Positions 18,448 through 27,076 of a stretch of 27,102 nucleotides of DNA are shown piece after piece. The stretch is from Bryobacteraceae bacterium (GTDB lineage: Bacteria > Acidobacteriota > Terriglobia > Bryobacterales > Bryobacteraceae), in the NCBI GenBank assembly GCA_019686145.1, contig JADGHK010000001.1:1-27102 (forward strand), in the 5' to 3' direction. Under the pieces are notes generated by a model that was given only the letters and a program-made list of their open reading frames with translations, was not told the origin of the DNA and made no database searches. Position numbers and translations under genes: made by a program. Positions within the stretch are counted from its first letter, which is position 1; each line of letters begins with the position of its first letter.

Positions 18448-20546
18448 GTTTTCGAAAATCGATCAAGAGCATCCTGTTCCGTATTCTCAACAAGGATCCG
18501 GAAGCCATCGTGGTCACGTTTCTTTCCGGAGAACCGTCGCGCGCGGCTGCGATGGCAGCGGAGGTCCGGAGACTGATTCCGGACCGCCGCCACCTGACGG
18601 TTGCCGTCGAGGCGGGAGCTCTTAACCCGGCAGACATCGTGCTCGAACCGGGTTCGACGTGGCATCTGTATGGCCAGTTGCGGCGCCGCTTACACCGTTA
18701 CCGTGTGGGCCTTGCGCCCGTCCTGTTTGACGGCACCCGGAACTCCCGATCGCTCCGTTTGGCCGCCATGCTTTTCGCGCCCCCCCGGATTCTCGCCTAC
18801 AACGTCCGGCTGGAGCGGCATCATCTCCGCCTCCGAAACTGGATCGCCTCGCTCCTGTTTCTCAGGGGAGTGCCTTTGGATCGGATTTTCCTCCGTCCAT
18901 ACTGGCTCGTTCCATGGAAGCGGGATCGGAGCAGCGCACCGCCGTTGTCGCGGGAATTCGAGGGCCGTCCTTTATCGAAAACGCGCCCCCGCATCGCGAT
19001 TCTCACACCCTACTTGCCGTGGCCGCTCTCACACGGCGGCGCCGTCCGGATGTTCAACCTCCTGCGTGAAGCTGCGCGTGAATACGACATCTTCCTGTTT
19101 GCCTTTCATGATCTTCAGCGTCTGGAGGATCTGGGCCCGCTGTGCGAGTTCTGCTGTAAGGTCACAGTGGTGCAGCAGCCTCGATACCGGGAGCCTCGCT
19201 GGAGCAGCCTTCGCCCGCCCGAGGTCAACGAATTCGATTCCCACGAGATGCGGAGGAAGTGGGAAAAGATCTGCAGGGACTTCGCGATCCCGCTCCGGCA
19301 GGTCGAGTACACCGCGCTGGCCAGCTACGGCGGGGAAATCCTCGTCGAGCACGACGTAACCTTCGATTTGTATACGCAGATTCACGAGAAGGAAAGGTCG
19401 CTTCGGTCCTGGTGGGATCTGTGGCGCTGGAAGCGGTTCGAATCGGCAGCCGTCAAGGAGTTCCGCAGGGTGGTTGTTATGTCAGCAAAGGATGCCGGTT
19501 TGCTTGCTACGGGAAATACCGTTGTCATTCCCAACGGAGTGGACCTGGAACGGTTCCAGCCTCAACCGGAAATTCCCGGGCGGAATCTCCTGTTCGTTGG
19601 ATCTTTCCGTCATTTCCCGAACGTCCTGGCCTTCCGGTTCTTCACGGAGCAGATACTGCCATCTCTCACCGCGCGTTTTCCCGACCTGCAATTCACCGTG
19701 GTTGCCGGGCCGGACCCTTTGCTCTATTGGAAGGAGCATACAGGCTGTCTTACGCTGCCGGAACTGCCCAACCTGCGCCTGTTAGGGTTCGTGGCGGATG
19801 TCCGGCCGCTCTATGCGGAGGCGAATGTTGTTGTGGTGCCGACGACGGTTTCGGCCGGGACCAATCTCAAGGTTCTCGAAGCGATGGCGATGGGGAGAGC
19901 AATCGTTTCCACTTCGTCGGGCTGCGCCGGTTTGGGACTCGAGCACGGCAAAAGCGTCTGGATTGCGGACACGGCGGAGGCATTCGTCGACGGAGTCGCA
20001 CAGCTTTTGGAGGACGAGGAACTCCGGGGCATCATCGCGAACAATGGACGCCGGAAAGCGGTTGCCGAGTACGATTGGCGCGCGCTTGGCAGACGGCAGA
20101 ACGACCTGTACGACGAACTCCTGAATCCCGGCAGAGTGCGGCTTCGAGCGGGTACGCCTTCCGATCTGGAAAGCATCGTCCGCATTCAGAAACAGAGCCC
20201 GGAGTCATCCCAGTGGGCAGCAGACCGTTTCCTTGCATATGACTGCACGGTCGCGGTGCGAAACGGCGAAGTGGCGGGTTTTCTGGTCTCCCGTCAGACG
20301 GCGCCGGGGGAACGCGAGATTCTGAACCTCGCCGTTGCTCCGGAACATCGCCGCAAAGGCGTAGCCCGGGCGCTGATGGAGAGAGAGCTCGGAGAGCACT
20401 CCGGCGACTTCTTTCTCGAGGTGCGGGAATCTAACCTATCAGCGCAGAATCTGTATCGATCGCTGGGTTTTTGCGAGGTAGGACGCCGCCCCGGCTATTA
20501 TGATCACCCGCGCGAGGCTGCGGTTGTCATGAGGTTACAGAAGTGA
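18444..20546 (+). CDS. Fusion: unassigned N-terminal domain + GT4 glycosyltransferase + RimI-like GNAT acetyltransferase
   Basis: GT4 from ~18990 (ILTPYLPWPLSHGGAVR, VIPNGVD, LFVGSFRHFPN, GTNLKVLEAMAMGRAIVST). GNAT from ~20136 (ILNLAVAPEHRRKGVA, FLEVRESN..AQNLY..LGF...GRRPGYY). One continuous frame; GTG start overlaps the MFS stop. Confidence 0.9.
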   Translation: MSFRKSIKSILFRILNKDPEAIVVTFLSGEPSRAAAMAAEVRRLIPDRRHLTVAVEAGALNPADIVLEPGSTWHLYGQLRRRLHRYRVGLAPVLFDGTRNSRSLRLAAMLFAPPRILAYNVRLERHHLRLRNWIASLLFLRGVPLDRIFLRPYWLVPWKRDRSSAPPLSREFEGRPLSKTRPRIAILTPYLPWPLSHGGAVRMFNLLREAAREYDIFLFAFHDLQRLEDLGPLCEFCCKVTVVQQPRYREPRWSSLRPPEVNEFDSHEMRRKWEKICRDFAIPLRQVEYTALASYGGEILVEHDVTFDLYTQIHEKERSLRSWWDLWRWKRFESAAVKEFRRVVVMSAKDAGLLATGNTVVIPNGVDLERFQPQPEIPGRNLLFVGSFRHFPNVLAFRFFTEQILPSLTARFPDLQFTVVAGPDPLLYWKEHTGCLTLPELPNLRLLGFVADVRPLYAEANVVVVPTTVSAGTNLKVLEAMAMGRAIVSTSSGCAGLGLEHGKSVWIADTAEAFVDGVAQLLEDEELRGIIANNGRRKAVAEYDWRALGRRQNDLYDELLNPGRVRLRAGTPSDLESIVRIQKQSPESSQWAADRFLAYDCTVAVRNGEVAGFLVSRQTAPGEREILNLAVAPEHRRKGVARALMERELGEHSGDFFLEVRESNLSAQNLYRSLGFCEVGRRPGYYDHPREAAVVMRLQK

Positions 20547-20674
20547 TAATGTTTGGGTGACGGCCGGCCTCGGTGACCGGTCGTTCTCACAATGAAAAAG
20601 AAACAATACCCACCGAGCCTGCTATCCGCATCAACCGACTCGGCGTGGCAACCTTCACCAAGGAGAACCACCCT

Positions 20675-20911
20675 ATGGATTTAAACACCCACGAAGAGCT
20701 GAAGGCGCACTTGATGGCAACCAACCAGGAATTTCGTGAGCTGGCTGCAAAACATTCTGAATATGAACGGCAGATACAGGCCATCGAGAGTCTGCCGCAT
20801 GTGACGCCTGAAGACGAGCTCGAAGAACAGCGTCTGAAGAAGCTGAAGCTGCACATCAAGGACCAGATGATGGACATCATAAACCGCTATCGGACGCAGC
20901 AGGTCAGTTGA
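20675..20911 (+). CDS. DUF465 (YdcH-family) coiled-coil protein
   Basis: EFRELAAKHSEYE...EEQRLKKLKLHIKDQM; AGGAG SD at 20661; start moved to ATG 20675. Confidence 0.88.
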   Translation: MDLNTHEELKAHLMATNQEFRELAAKHSEYERQIQAIESLPHVTPEDELEEQRLKKLKLHIKDQMMDIINRYRTQQVS

Positions 20912-20938
20912 AGCGTCAAGTGCGCATCTGAAGCAGAA

Positions 20939-20987
20939 AAACGCCCGTCCCCGGTTCCGCTCGGTGAGAGGGGCGTTTCTTGTTTTT
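20939..20987 (+). terminator. Probable intrinsic terminator after DUF465
   Basis: AAACGCCC (20939-46) pairs with GGGCGTTT (20971-78) around an irregular inner stem, followed by CTTGTTTTT. Confidence 0.6.
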
Positions 20988-21072
20988 GAGTCCGGAACTC
21001 CGGTCCTTCATTGAACTTGCGCCCACGGCGGGGGATGCTGCATCAAAATATGCGAGTACGAGGAGAAAACAA

Positions 21073-21564
21073 ATGCCAACAGCAGCAAAGCTTGTGACAA
21101 CAAAGAACGATTTGCCCTATGAGGTTCGCCAGAACCTTGTCCAGCGCCTCAACGCCGTCCTGGCTCAAAGCATTGATCTCGCCGCGCAGGCAAAGCAGGC
21201 CCACTGGAACGTGAAGGGGCCGAATTTCTTCAGCCTTCACGAACTGTTTGATAAGGCCGCCGGTGAAATTGCGGCATTTTCCGACGATCTGGCGGAACGA
21301 GCTGTGCAGTTAGGGGGCATCGCGGAGGGGACCATTCAGGCTGTTGGCCGCGCCTCCACTTTGCCTGAGTACCCGCTTGATCTGACCACGGGAAACGGCC
21401 ATGTCGAGGCCTTCTCCTCGGCTTTGGCCGCGTTTGGACGTACCGTCCGTGAATCCATCGACTACGCCGCGGGGCTCAATGACGCGGATACCGCCGATCT
21501 CTTTACTGAGATCTCCCGCGCGGTCGACAAGCTGCTCTGGCTTGTGGAAGCGCACCAGCAGTAA
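21073..21564 (+). CDS. dps: DNA starvation/stationary-phase protection protein Dps
   Basis: KQAHWNVKGPNFFSLHELFD...DDLAER (ferroxidase ligands) and TADLFTEISRAVDKLLWLVEAH; AGGAG SD before ATG 21073. Confidence 0.95.
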   Translation: MPTAAKLVTTKNDLPYEVRQNLVQRLNAVLAQSIDLAAQAKQAHWNVKGPNFFSLHELFDKAAGEIAAFSDDLAERAVQLGGIAEGTIQAVGRASTLPEYPLDLTTGNGHVEAFSSALAAFGRTVRESIDYAAGLNDADTADLFTEISRAVDKLLWLVEAHQQ

Positions 21565-21574
21565 CTATGTTTCC

Positions 21575-21594
21575 GGGAGCGCGACAACGCTCCC
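21575..21594. terminator. 7-bp hairpin between convergent dps and response-regulator stops
   Basis: GGGAGCG-cgacaa-CGCTCCC; no U-tract on either side. Confidence 0.4.
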
Positions 21595-22061
21595 TACTGC
21601 TGGTGGACCTTTTGCCAGAAGCGTTTTATGGCCATACCGAGATCCAGGAATTCATCCAGATCGGAAGGCTTGTGAAGATAGATGGATCGGGGGAGAGTGG
21701 CGCCGAGCATTGCGTCGCGCGGCGATTGCGATGAGCTCAGGATGACAACGGGAATCTGCTGGAGCGATGGAATCTCGTGAAACAGGCTCAGGACTACGGC
21801 GCCATCCACTCGCGGGAGATTCAGGTCAAGCAGAACCAGATCGGGAAGCTCCTTGCCGGCGTACCTGCCCCGTTGACGCAGGAGATCGATTGCCACGGCT
21901 CCGTCTTCCAGGACCGTCAGCTCATGTGACAGGTCGGAGCGTGCGAGGGCTTCTCTTAACAGGAAAACATCGCCGGGGTTGTCCTCCACGAGGAGGATAC
22001 GGACCGGGCCTTGTTCTGAATTACGCATTGAGGTGAAACCTGCAGAGGAGGCTGGAATCAC
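21594..22061 (-). CDS. Single-domain response regulator, Rcp1/phytochrome-associated type
   Basis: ILLVEDNPGD, PDLVLLDLNLPRVDG (phosphoacceptor Asp), VVILSSS and YLHKP; AGGAG SD 6 nt before GTG 22061. Confidence 0.92.
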   Translation of the reverse strand: MIPASSAGFTSMRNSEQGPVRILLVEDNPGDVFLLREALARSDLSHELTVLEDGAVAIDLLRQRGRYAGKELPDLVLLDLNLPRVDGAVVLSLFHEIPSLQQIPVVILSSSQSPRDAMLGATLPRSIYLHKPSDLDEFLDLGMAIKRFWQKVHQQ

Positions 22062-22305
22062 ACCAGTCTCCTGGCCCTTCTTGCTGTACGCAAAACCCGC
22101 TCAGTGGGTGCTCCATCTCCCTGCAGAGTGAACCTGGCGATTTCTGCTTCTGCAGACCGGTGGAGGCTCGCTTCACCCTCTCGGAGTGCCCGTTCGGCTC
22201 GCCACGTTCACTTGAGATTCCTGCACGTAACGGCCCATTTGAGCCTTACGCCGCGCGATTGTGCTGCACTAAGATACGATCATCTTTGGAAGCGGGGAGG
22301 CAAAG

Positions 22306-23028
22306 ATGAGACGACCACTTGCGGTACTGACGCTGGGATTTTGCCTTGCAGCAGCGGGCAGCGGCCAGACGCCTACGAGCGTACCCGAATTCCGCAGTTT
22401 GTTCAACGGCAAAGATTTGACCGGCTGGGTCAACGTCAACACAGATGAAGACACATGGTATGTGCGTGATGGCGTGTTGATTTGCCGGGGGAAGCCAATC
22501 GGCGTCATGCGAAGCGAAAAGCAGTACGAGAATTTCATCCTCCACATCGAGTGGATGCACGTTGAACCCGGCGGGAATTCCGGCGTCTTTGTCTGGAGCA
22601 GTGCGCGGCCTGATCCCAAAACCCGGCTGCCAGACGGCGTGGAGGTCCAGATGCTCGAACTGGACTGGCCAAAGCTGCACATGAAGGACGGCGTGATGCC
22701 ACCTCTCGCCTATGTACACGGCGAGCTCTTCGGCGTGGGCGGCGTCAAGACGGTTCCGGATAATCCCCGGGGACAAAGAAGCATGTCGATCGAAAACCGT
22801 TGTCTCGGTCGCGGTCAATGGAACACTTACGACGTGGTGGCGGTGGACGGCGTGATCAAGCTCGCCGTCAATGGAAAATTCGTCAATGGCATCAGCCGGT
22901 CCACGCAGAAGAAGGGGTACCTCTGCCTGGAATCCGAAGGCGCTGAGATTCACTTTCGGAACATCCGCATTATGGAGCTTCCTCCCGGCGTGACCAGGCC
23001 GGAAGAAGTCGCGCCGGAGCTACCCTAA
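22306..23028 (+). CDS. Exported DUF1080 (3-keto-disaccharide hydrolase family) protein
   Basis: Signal peptide, [38 protein letters not shown] and [20 protein letters not shown]; GGAGG SD. Confidence 0.9.
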   Translation: MRRPLAVLTLGFCLAAAGSGQTPTSVPEFRSLFNGKDLTGWVNVNTDEDTWYVRDGVLICRGKPIGVMRSEKQYENFILHIEWMHVEPGGNSGVFVWSSARPDPKTRLPDGVEVQMLELDWPKLHMKDGVMPPLAYVHGELFGVGGVKTVPDNPRGQRSMSIENRCLGRGQWNTYDVVAVDGVIKLAVNGKFVNGISRSTQKKGYLCLESEGAEIHFRNIRIMELPPGVTRPEEVAPELP

Positions 23029-23041
23029 GTCACGCAAACTT

Positions 23042-24448
23042 GTGCTCATTCGCATCACAAATACAGCCGAGCCGGCCACCGACCTCGGATTTCTCTTACA
23101 TAAGAATCCGGCGAACCTGCACTCGGTGGATCTCGCCTTCGGCAAAGCGCACGTCTTTTACTCCAGCGCAACGCCGCAGCGTTGCACGGCGTGCCTGCTC
23201 GTTGAACTGGATCCGGTGGAGCTCGTGCGGGGCGGCCGGCGGCTCGAGGAGTATGTCAACGACCGGCCGTACGTGTCGTCGTCTTATCTCACCGTTGCGA
23301 TGGGGCGCGTATTCGGTACCGCCCTCGCCGGGAACTGTCAAAAGCGCCCGGATCTGGTCCATGCACGGCTCCCTCTCGAAGTCGAGGTAGAGGTTATCCG
23401 GCTGAAGGAGGGGGGCTCCATCCTGAAGCGGCTCTTTGAACCGCTTGGCTATCGCGTCGAGGCTGCTCGAATCCCTCTGGACGACGAGTTTCCGGAGTGG
23501 GGTGAGAGCGAGTACCTGCGCTTCCGGCTCGTTGCAAAGACCACCGTACACGATTGCCTATCGCATCTTTACGTGCTGCTGCCAGTCCTTGATGACGCCA
23601 AGCACTACTTCATTGGAGAGGCCGAGGTCGACAAGCTGCTCCGTCACGGAGAAGGATGGCTTCGCGGGCATCCGGAGCGTGAGTTCATCGTTCAGCGATA
23701 TCTGAAGCGGAAGCCCGCGTTGGTGGATCAGGCACTGGCTAGTCTGCTGGCTGAAGAGGTGGCCGCTGTAGAAGCTGCTGAGTCGGCCGCCGAACAGTCG
23801 TCACACGCGGAAAGGGATCTGGAGCGGCCGATGACGCTTTCCACGATCCGGCTGAATCTTGTGGCGTCAAGATTCAGGGCTCTGGGCGCCAGGTCTGTGG
23901 TGGATCTCGGTTGCGGGGAGGGGAAGCTTCTTCGACGGCTCCTGGCGGACCAGCAATTCGAACAGATTACGGGAATGGATGTAAGCCACCGCGCCCTCGA
24001 AACGGCGGCGCGAACGCTGGACCTGAATCGCATGCCAGAGCATCAGCGGAAACGCATCCGGTTGATGCAAGGGTCATTGCTTTATCGAGATAAGCGGCTC
24101 AACGGCTTTGATGCGGCAGCCCTTGTAGAAGTGATTGAGCACCTCGACCGTTCGCGGCTCGCTGTGCTCGAACGAGTGGTCTTCGAATTCGCACGGCCTC
24201 GTTACGTCATCGTCACGACTCCGAACCGCGAGTACAACGCTCTGTTTCCTGAGCTGCCTCCCGGAGCGCTCCGCCACGACGATCATCGCTTTGAATGGAA
24301 CAGAGCGGAGTTTAAGGAATGGGCAGAAACGACAGCCTCACGATTTGGCTATAGCGCGAGCCTCGAACCCGTAGGCCCGGTCGATGACCGCTATGGCGCG
24401 CCATGTCAAATGGCCGTCTTTTCTTTGAAAGGAGGCGCAGCCGGATGA
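23042..24448 (+). CDS. hen1: 3'-terminal RNA ribose 2'-O-methyltransferase Hen1
   Basis: N-terminal ATDLGFLLHKNP, YVNDRPY, YVLLPVLDDAKHY, EVDKLLRHGEGWL; C-terminal MTase VDLGCGEG, EVIEHL, TPNREYN and RHDDHRFEW. Confidence 0.97.
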   Translation: MLIRITNTAEPATDLGFLLHKNPANLHSVDLAFGKAHVFYSSATPQRCTACLLVELDPVELVRGGRRLEEYVNDRPYVSSSYLTVAMGRVFGTALAGNCQKRPDLVHARLPLEVEVEVIRLKEGGSILKRLFEPLGYRVEAARIPLDDEFPEWGESEYLRFRLVAKTTVHDCLSHLYVLLPVLDDAKHYFIGEAEVDKLLRHGEGWLRGHPEREFIVQRYLKRKPALVDQALASLLAEEVAAVEAAESAAEQSSHAERDLERPMTLSTIRLNLVASRFRALGARSVVDLGCGEGKLLRRLLADQQFEQITGMDVSHRALETAARTLDLNRMPEHQRKRIRLMQGSLLYRDKRLNGFDAAALVEVIEHLDRSRLAVLERVVFEFARPRYVIVTTPNREYNALFPELPPGALRHDDHRFEWNRAEFKEWAETTASRFGYSASLEPVGPVDDRYGAPCQMAVFSLKGGAAG

Positions 24449-26994
24449 AGACGCTTGAGATCCCGGAATTCGCGCTGATCGCGCTGATCGGCGCCTCGGG
24501 TTCCGGGAAATCCACGTTTGCGCGCAAGCACTTCCTGCCGACTGAAGTGCTATCCTCCGATTTCTTCCGCGGGCTCGTGAGCGATGACGAGACCGATCAG
24601 TCATGCACGCGAGAGGCGTTCGACGCCCTGCACTATGTGCTTGAAAAGCGGCTGTCTCGTGGCCGGCTCACAGTAGTAGATGCGACCAATGTCCGGCCGG
24701 AAGACCGGAAGCGCCTGATTGAGCAGGCGAATAAGTATCACTGCTTCGCCATTGCGATTGTCCTGGACACGCCCGAGCAGATCTGTCTGGAGCGAAACAG
24801 CCGTCGGCCGGATCGAGCTTTCGGCCCGCATGTCGTCCGCGGCCAGATTCGTGCTCTGCAACACAGCCTTCGAAGGCTTGAGCGGGAGGGGTTTCGCTAC
24901 GTCCATGTTCTGAGCGGCGAAGAATGCGCCATCCGTCGCGTACCCTTATGGAACAACAAGAAGGATCAGAAGGGGCCCTTTGACATCATCGGAGACCTGC
25001 ACGGCTGTGCCGACGAACTCAGGGCATTGCTAAGCAAGGCGGGCTGGGAGCGTTACCGCCTTGCGGAGCAGGAGACGCCCTGGGGCGACGAATGCTGGAG
25101 GCACCCGGAGGGACGCCGGGCCATCTTTCTTGGCGATTTAGTGGACCGGGGACCGCATATCGTCGACACGGTCCGCATTGTTCGCAACATGGTCAATGCA
25201 GGGACGGCGTTGTGTGTTGCGGGCAACCACGATGTGAAGCTCGTGCGGTGGCTCCGCGGCAGGGGTGTTCAGGTCAAATATGGGCTCGAACAGTCGATCG
25301 CAGAGCTGGAAACGCTCTGCGATGAAGACCGGAGCAGGATTGCTTCCTTTCTGGACAGCTTGGTGAGCCACTACGTGCTCGATGAGGGACGTTTGGTGGT
25401 TGCGCACGCAGGGCTTCGGGAGGAGATGCACGGCCGAGCCTCCGCCGCTGTTCGGCAGTTCTGTCTCTATGGCGAAACAACCGGGGAGACCGATGAGTTT
25501 GGCCTTCCGGTTCGCTATAACTGGGCCGCCGAGTATCGAGGCAAGGCGGCGGTAGTTTATGGCCACACGCCGGTTCCGGAACCGGAATGGCTGAATCATA
25601 CGGTGAATATCGATACCGGCGCTGTGTTCGGCGGCAAGCTTACGCTCTTGAGGTATCCGGAGCGCGAGTTTCTCTGTGTACCGGCACTGCGGGAGTACGC
25701 TACTCCGATTCGCCCCATCGCCCGGGCTGGTTCCCCAAGGAGAACCATCCAGCAGGAACTCGATGATGTGCTTGACCTGGAGGATGTGACCGGAAAGCGG
25801 AGGGTCGAAACACGGCTGCATGGCGCTATCACCATTCGCGAGGAAAATTCGATTGCCGCGTTGGAGGTGATGAGCCGCTTTGCGACTGATCCTCGCTGGC
25901 TCATCTACCTGCCTCCAACCATGTCGCCGAGCGAAGCTTCCTCCCGGCCCGGATACCTGGAGTATCCGACTGAAGCCTTCCAATACTTCCAGAAGAACGG
26001 CGTTCCGCGGGTGATTTGCGAGGAGAAGCACATGGGCTCCCGGGCGGTTGTGGTGATCTGCCGCGATGCTGACGCCGCGCGGGAGAGGTTTGGTGTCATC
26101 GACGGGCGTCTCGGTGTCTGCTACACACGCACAGGCCGCCCGTTTTTCTCAGAACTGTCAGAGGAAGCCTCATTCATTGCCCGCGTTCACTCGGCAATCA
26201 CGAACGCGGGGTTCTGGGACGAATTTCGTTCGAACTGGTTCTGCCTGGACTGCGAGTTAATGCCCTGGTCGGCGAAGGCCCGCGAGCTGATTCAGCAGCG
26301 GTACGCAGCCGTGGGCGCTGCAGGTGTGGCGTCGCTCACGGCAGTGCTTCAGGCGATGGAAACAAGCCCGGCTGCAGCAGGACTATGGCATAGATATAGC
26401 CAGCGCCTGGACCGGCTGCAACGATACCGGAAAGCCTATCGCCGTTACTGCTGGCCCGTGCGGTCGCTCGACGACTACCGTTTGGCGCCGTTCCATCTGC
26501 TGGCATCGGAAGGGACAGTTCACCTGGATAAGACGCATCGCTGGCATATGGAAACACTCCACCGGCTGGCGAAGGCGGACCCGGAGTGGATCGTCGCCAC
26601 TCAGTTCCTTGAGGTGGATGTGAGGGATTCCGCGGGTGTCGGGCATGCGGAACGCTGGTGGGAGGAGCTAACCTGCAACGGCGGCGAGGGCATGGTTGTA
26701 AAGCCATGGAACTTCATTGAACAGGGGCTGACGGGGCTCGTGCAGCCCGCCATCAAGTGTCGTGGGCGTGAATACTTGCGAATGATCTACGGTCCCGAAT
26801 ACACAGCAGAGGACCAGCTTCCGAAGCTGCGTTCCCGTGCACTTGCACGAAAGCGTTCGCTTGCCGCTCGGGAATTCGCTCTGGGCATGGAAGCGCTGGA
26901 GCGCTTCGTCGCACGCGAGCCTCTCCGCCGCGTACACGAATGTGTTTTTGCCGTGCTGGCGTTGGAGAGCGAGCCGGTAGATCCGCGATTGTAA
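24445..26994 (+). CDS. pnkp: Polynucleotide kinase-phosphatase-ligase Pnkp (bacterial RNA repair)
   Basis: Kinase GASGSGKST/SSDFFR/VDATN; metallophosphoesterase GDLHG/GDLVDRG/GNHD/YGHTP; ligase EEKHMGSR/DCELMPW/EGMVVKP; C-terminal LESEPVDPRL. AAGGAGG SD; ATG 24445 overlaps the hen1 stop (ATGA). Confidence 0.97.
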   Translation: MKTLEIPEFALIALIGASGSGKSTFARKHFLPTEVLSSDFFRGLVSDDETDQSCTREAFDALHYVLEKRLSRGRLTVVDATNVRPEDRKRLIEQANKYHCFAIAIVLDTPEQICLERNSRRPDRAFGPHVVRGQIRALQHSLRRLEREGFRYVHVLSGEECAIRRVPLWNNKKDQKGPFDIIGDLHGCADELRALLSKAGWERYRLAEQETPWGDECWRHPEGRRAIFLGDLVDRGPHIVDTVRIVRNMVNAGTALCVAGNHDVKLVRWLRGRGVQVKYGLEQSIAELETLCDEDRSRIASFLDSLVSHYVLDEGRLVVAHAGLREEMHGRASAAVRQFCLYGETTGETDEFGLPVRYNWAAEYRGKAAVVYGHTPVPEPEWLNHTVNIDTGAVFGGKLTLLRYPEREFLCVPALREYATPIRPIARAGSPRRTIQQELDDVLDLEDVTGKRRVETRLHGAITIREENSIAALEVMSRFATDPRWLIYLPPTMSPSEASSRPGYLEYPTEAFQYFQKNGVPRVICEEKHMGSRAVVVICRDADAARERFGVIDGRLGVCYTRTGRPFFSELSEEASFIARVHSAITNAGFWDEFRSNWFCLDCELMPWSAKARELIQQRYAAVGAAGVASLTAVLQAMETSPAAAGLWHRYSQRLDRLQRYRKAYRRYCWPVRSLDDYRLAPFHLLASEGTVHLDKTHRWHMETLHRLAKADPEWIVATQFLEVDVRDSAGVGHAERWWEELTCNGGEGMVVKPWNFIEQGLTGLVQPAIKCRGREYLRMIYGPEYTAEDQLPKLRSRALARKRSLAAREFALGMEALERFVAREPLRRVHECVFAVLALESEPVDPRL

Positions 26995-27076
26995 CGCCCC
27001 AGGCTGAAATGCAGCCGCGCCATACGGCATCTTGATTCATAGCCGATATTCAGCCGGTTTAGCCGGGGAGGTTACG

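Noticed and set aside
22062-22305. Possible histidine-kinase remnant or ncRNA upstream of the orphan response regulator
   Set aside because: No HATPase/HisKA-like motifs or convincing stable structure seen by eye; treated as a divergent promoter region.
25138-26031. 297-aa antisense ORF inside pnkp
   Set aside because: Shadow of a strongly conserved gene; no recognisable motif.
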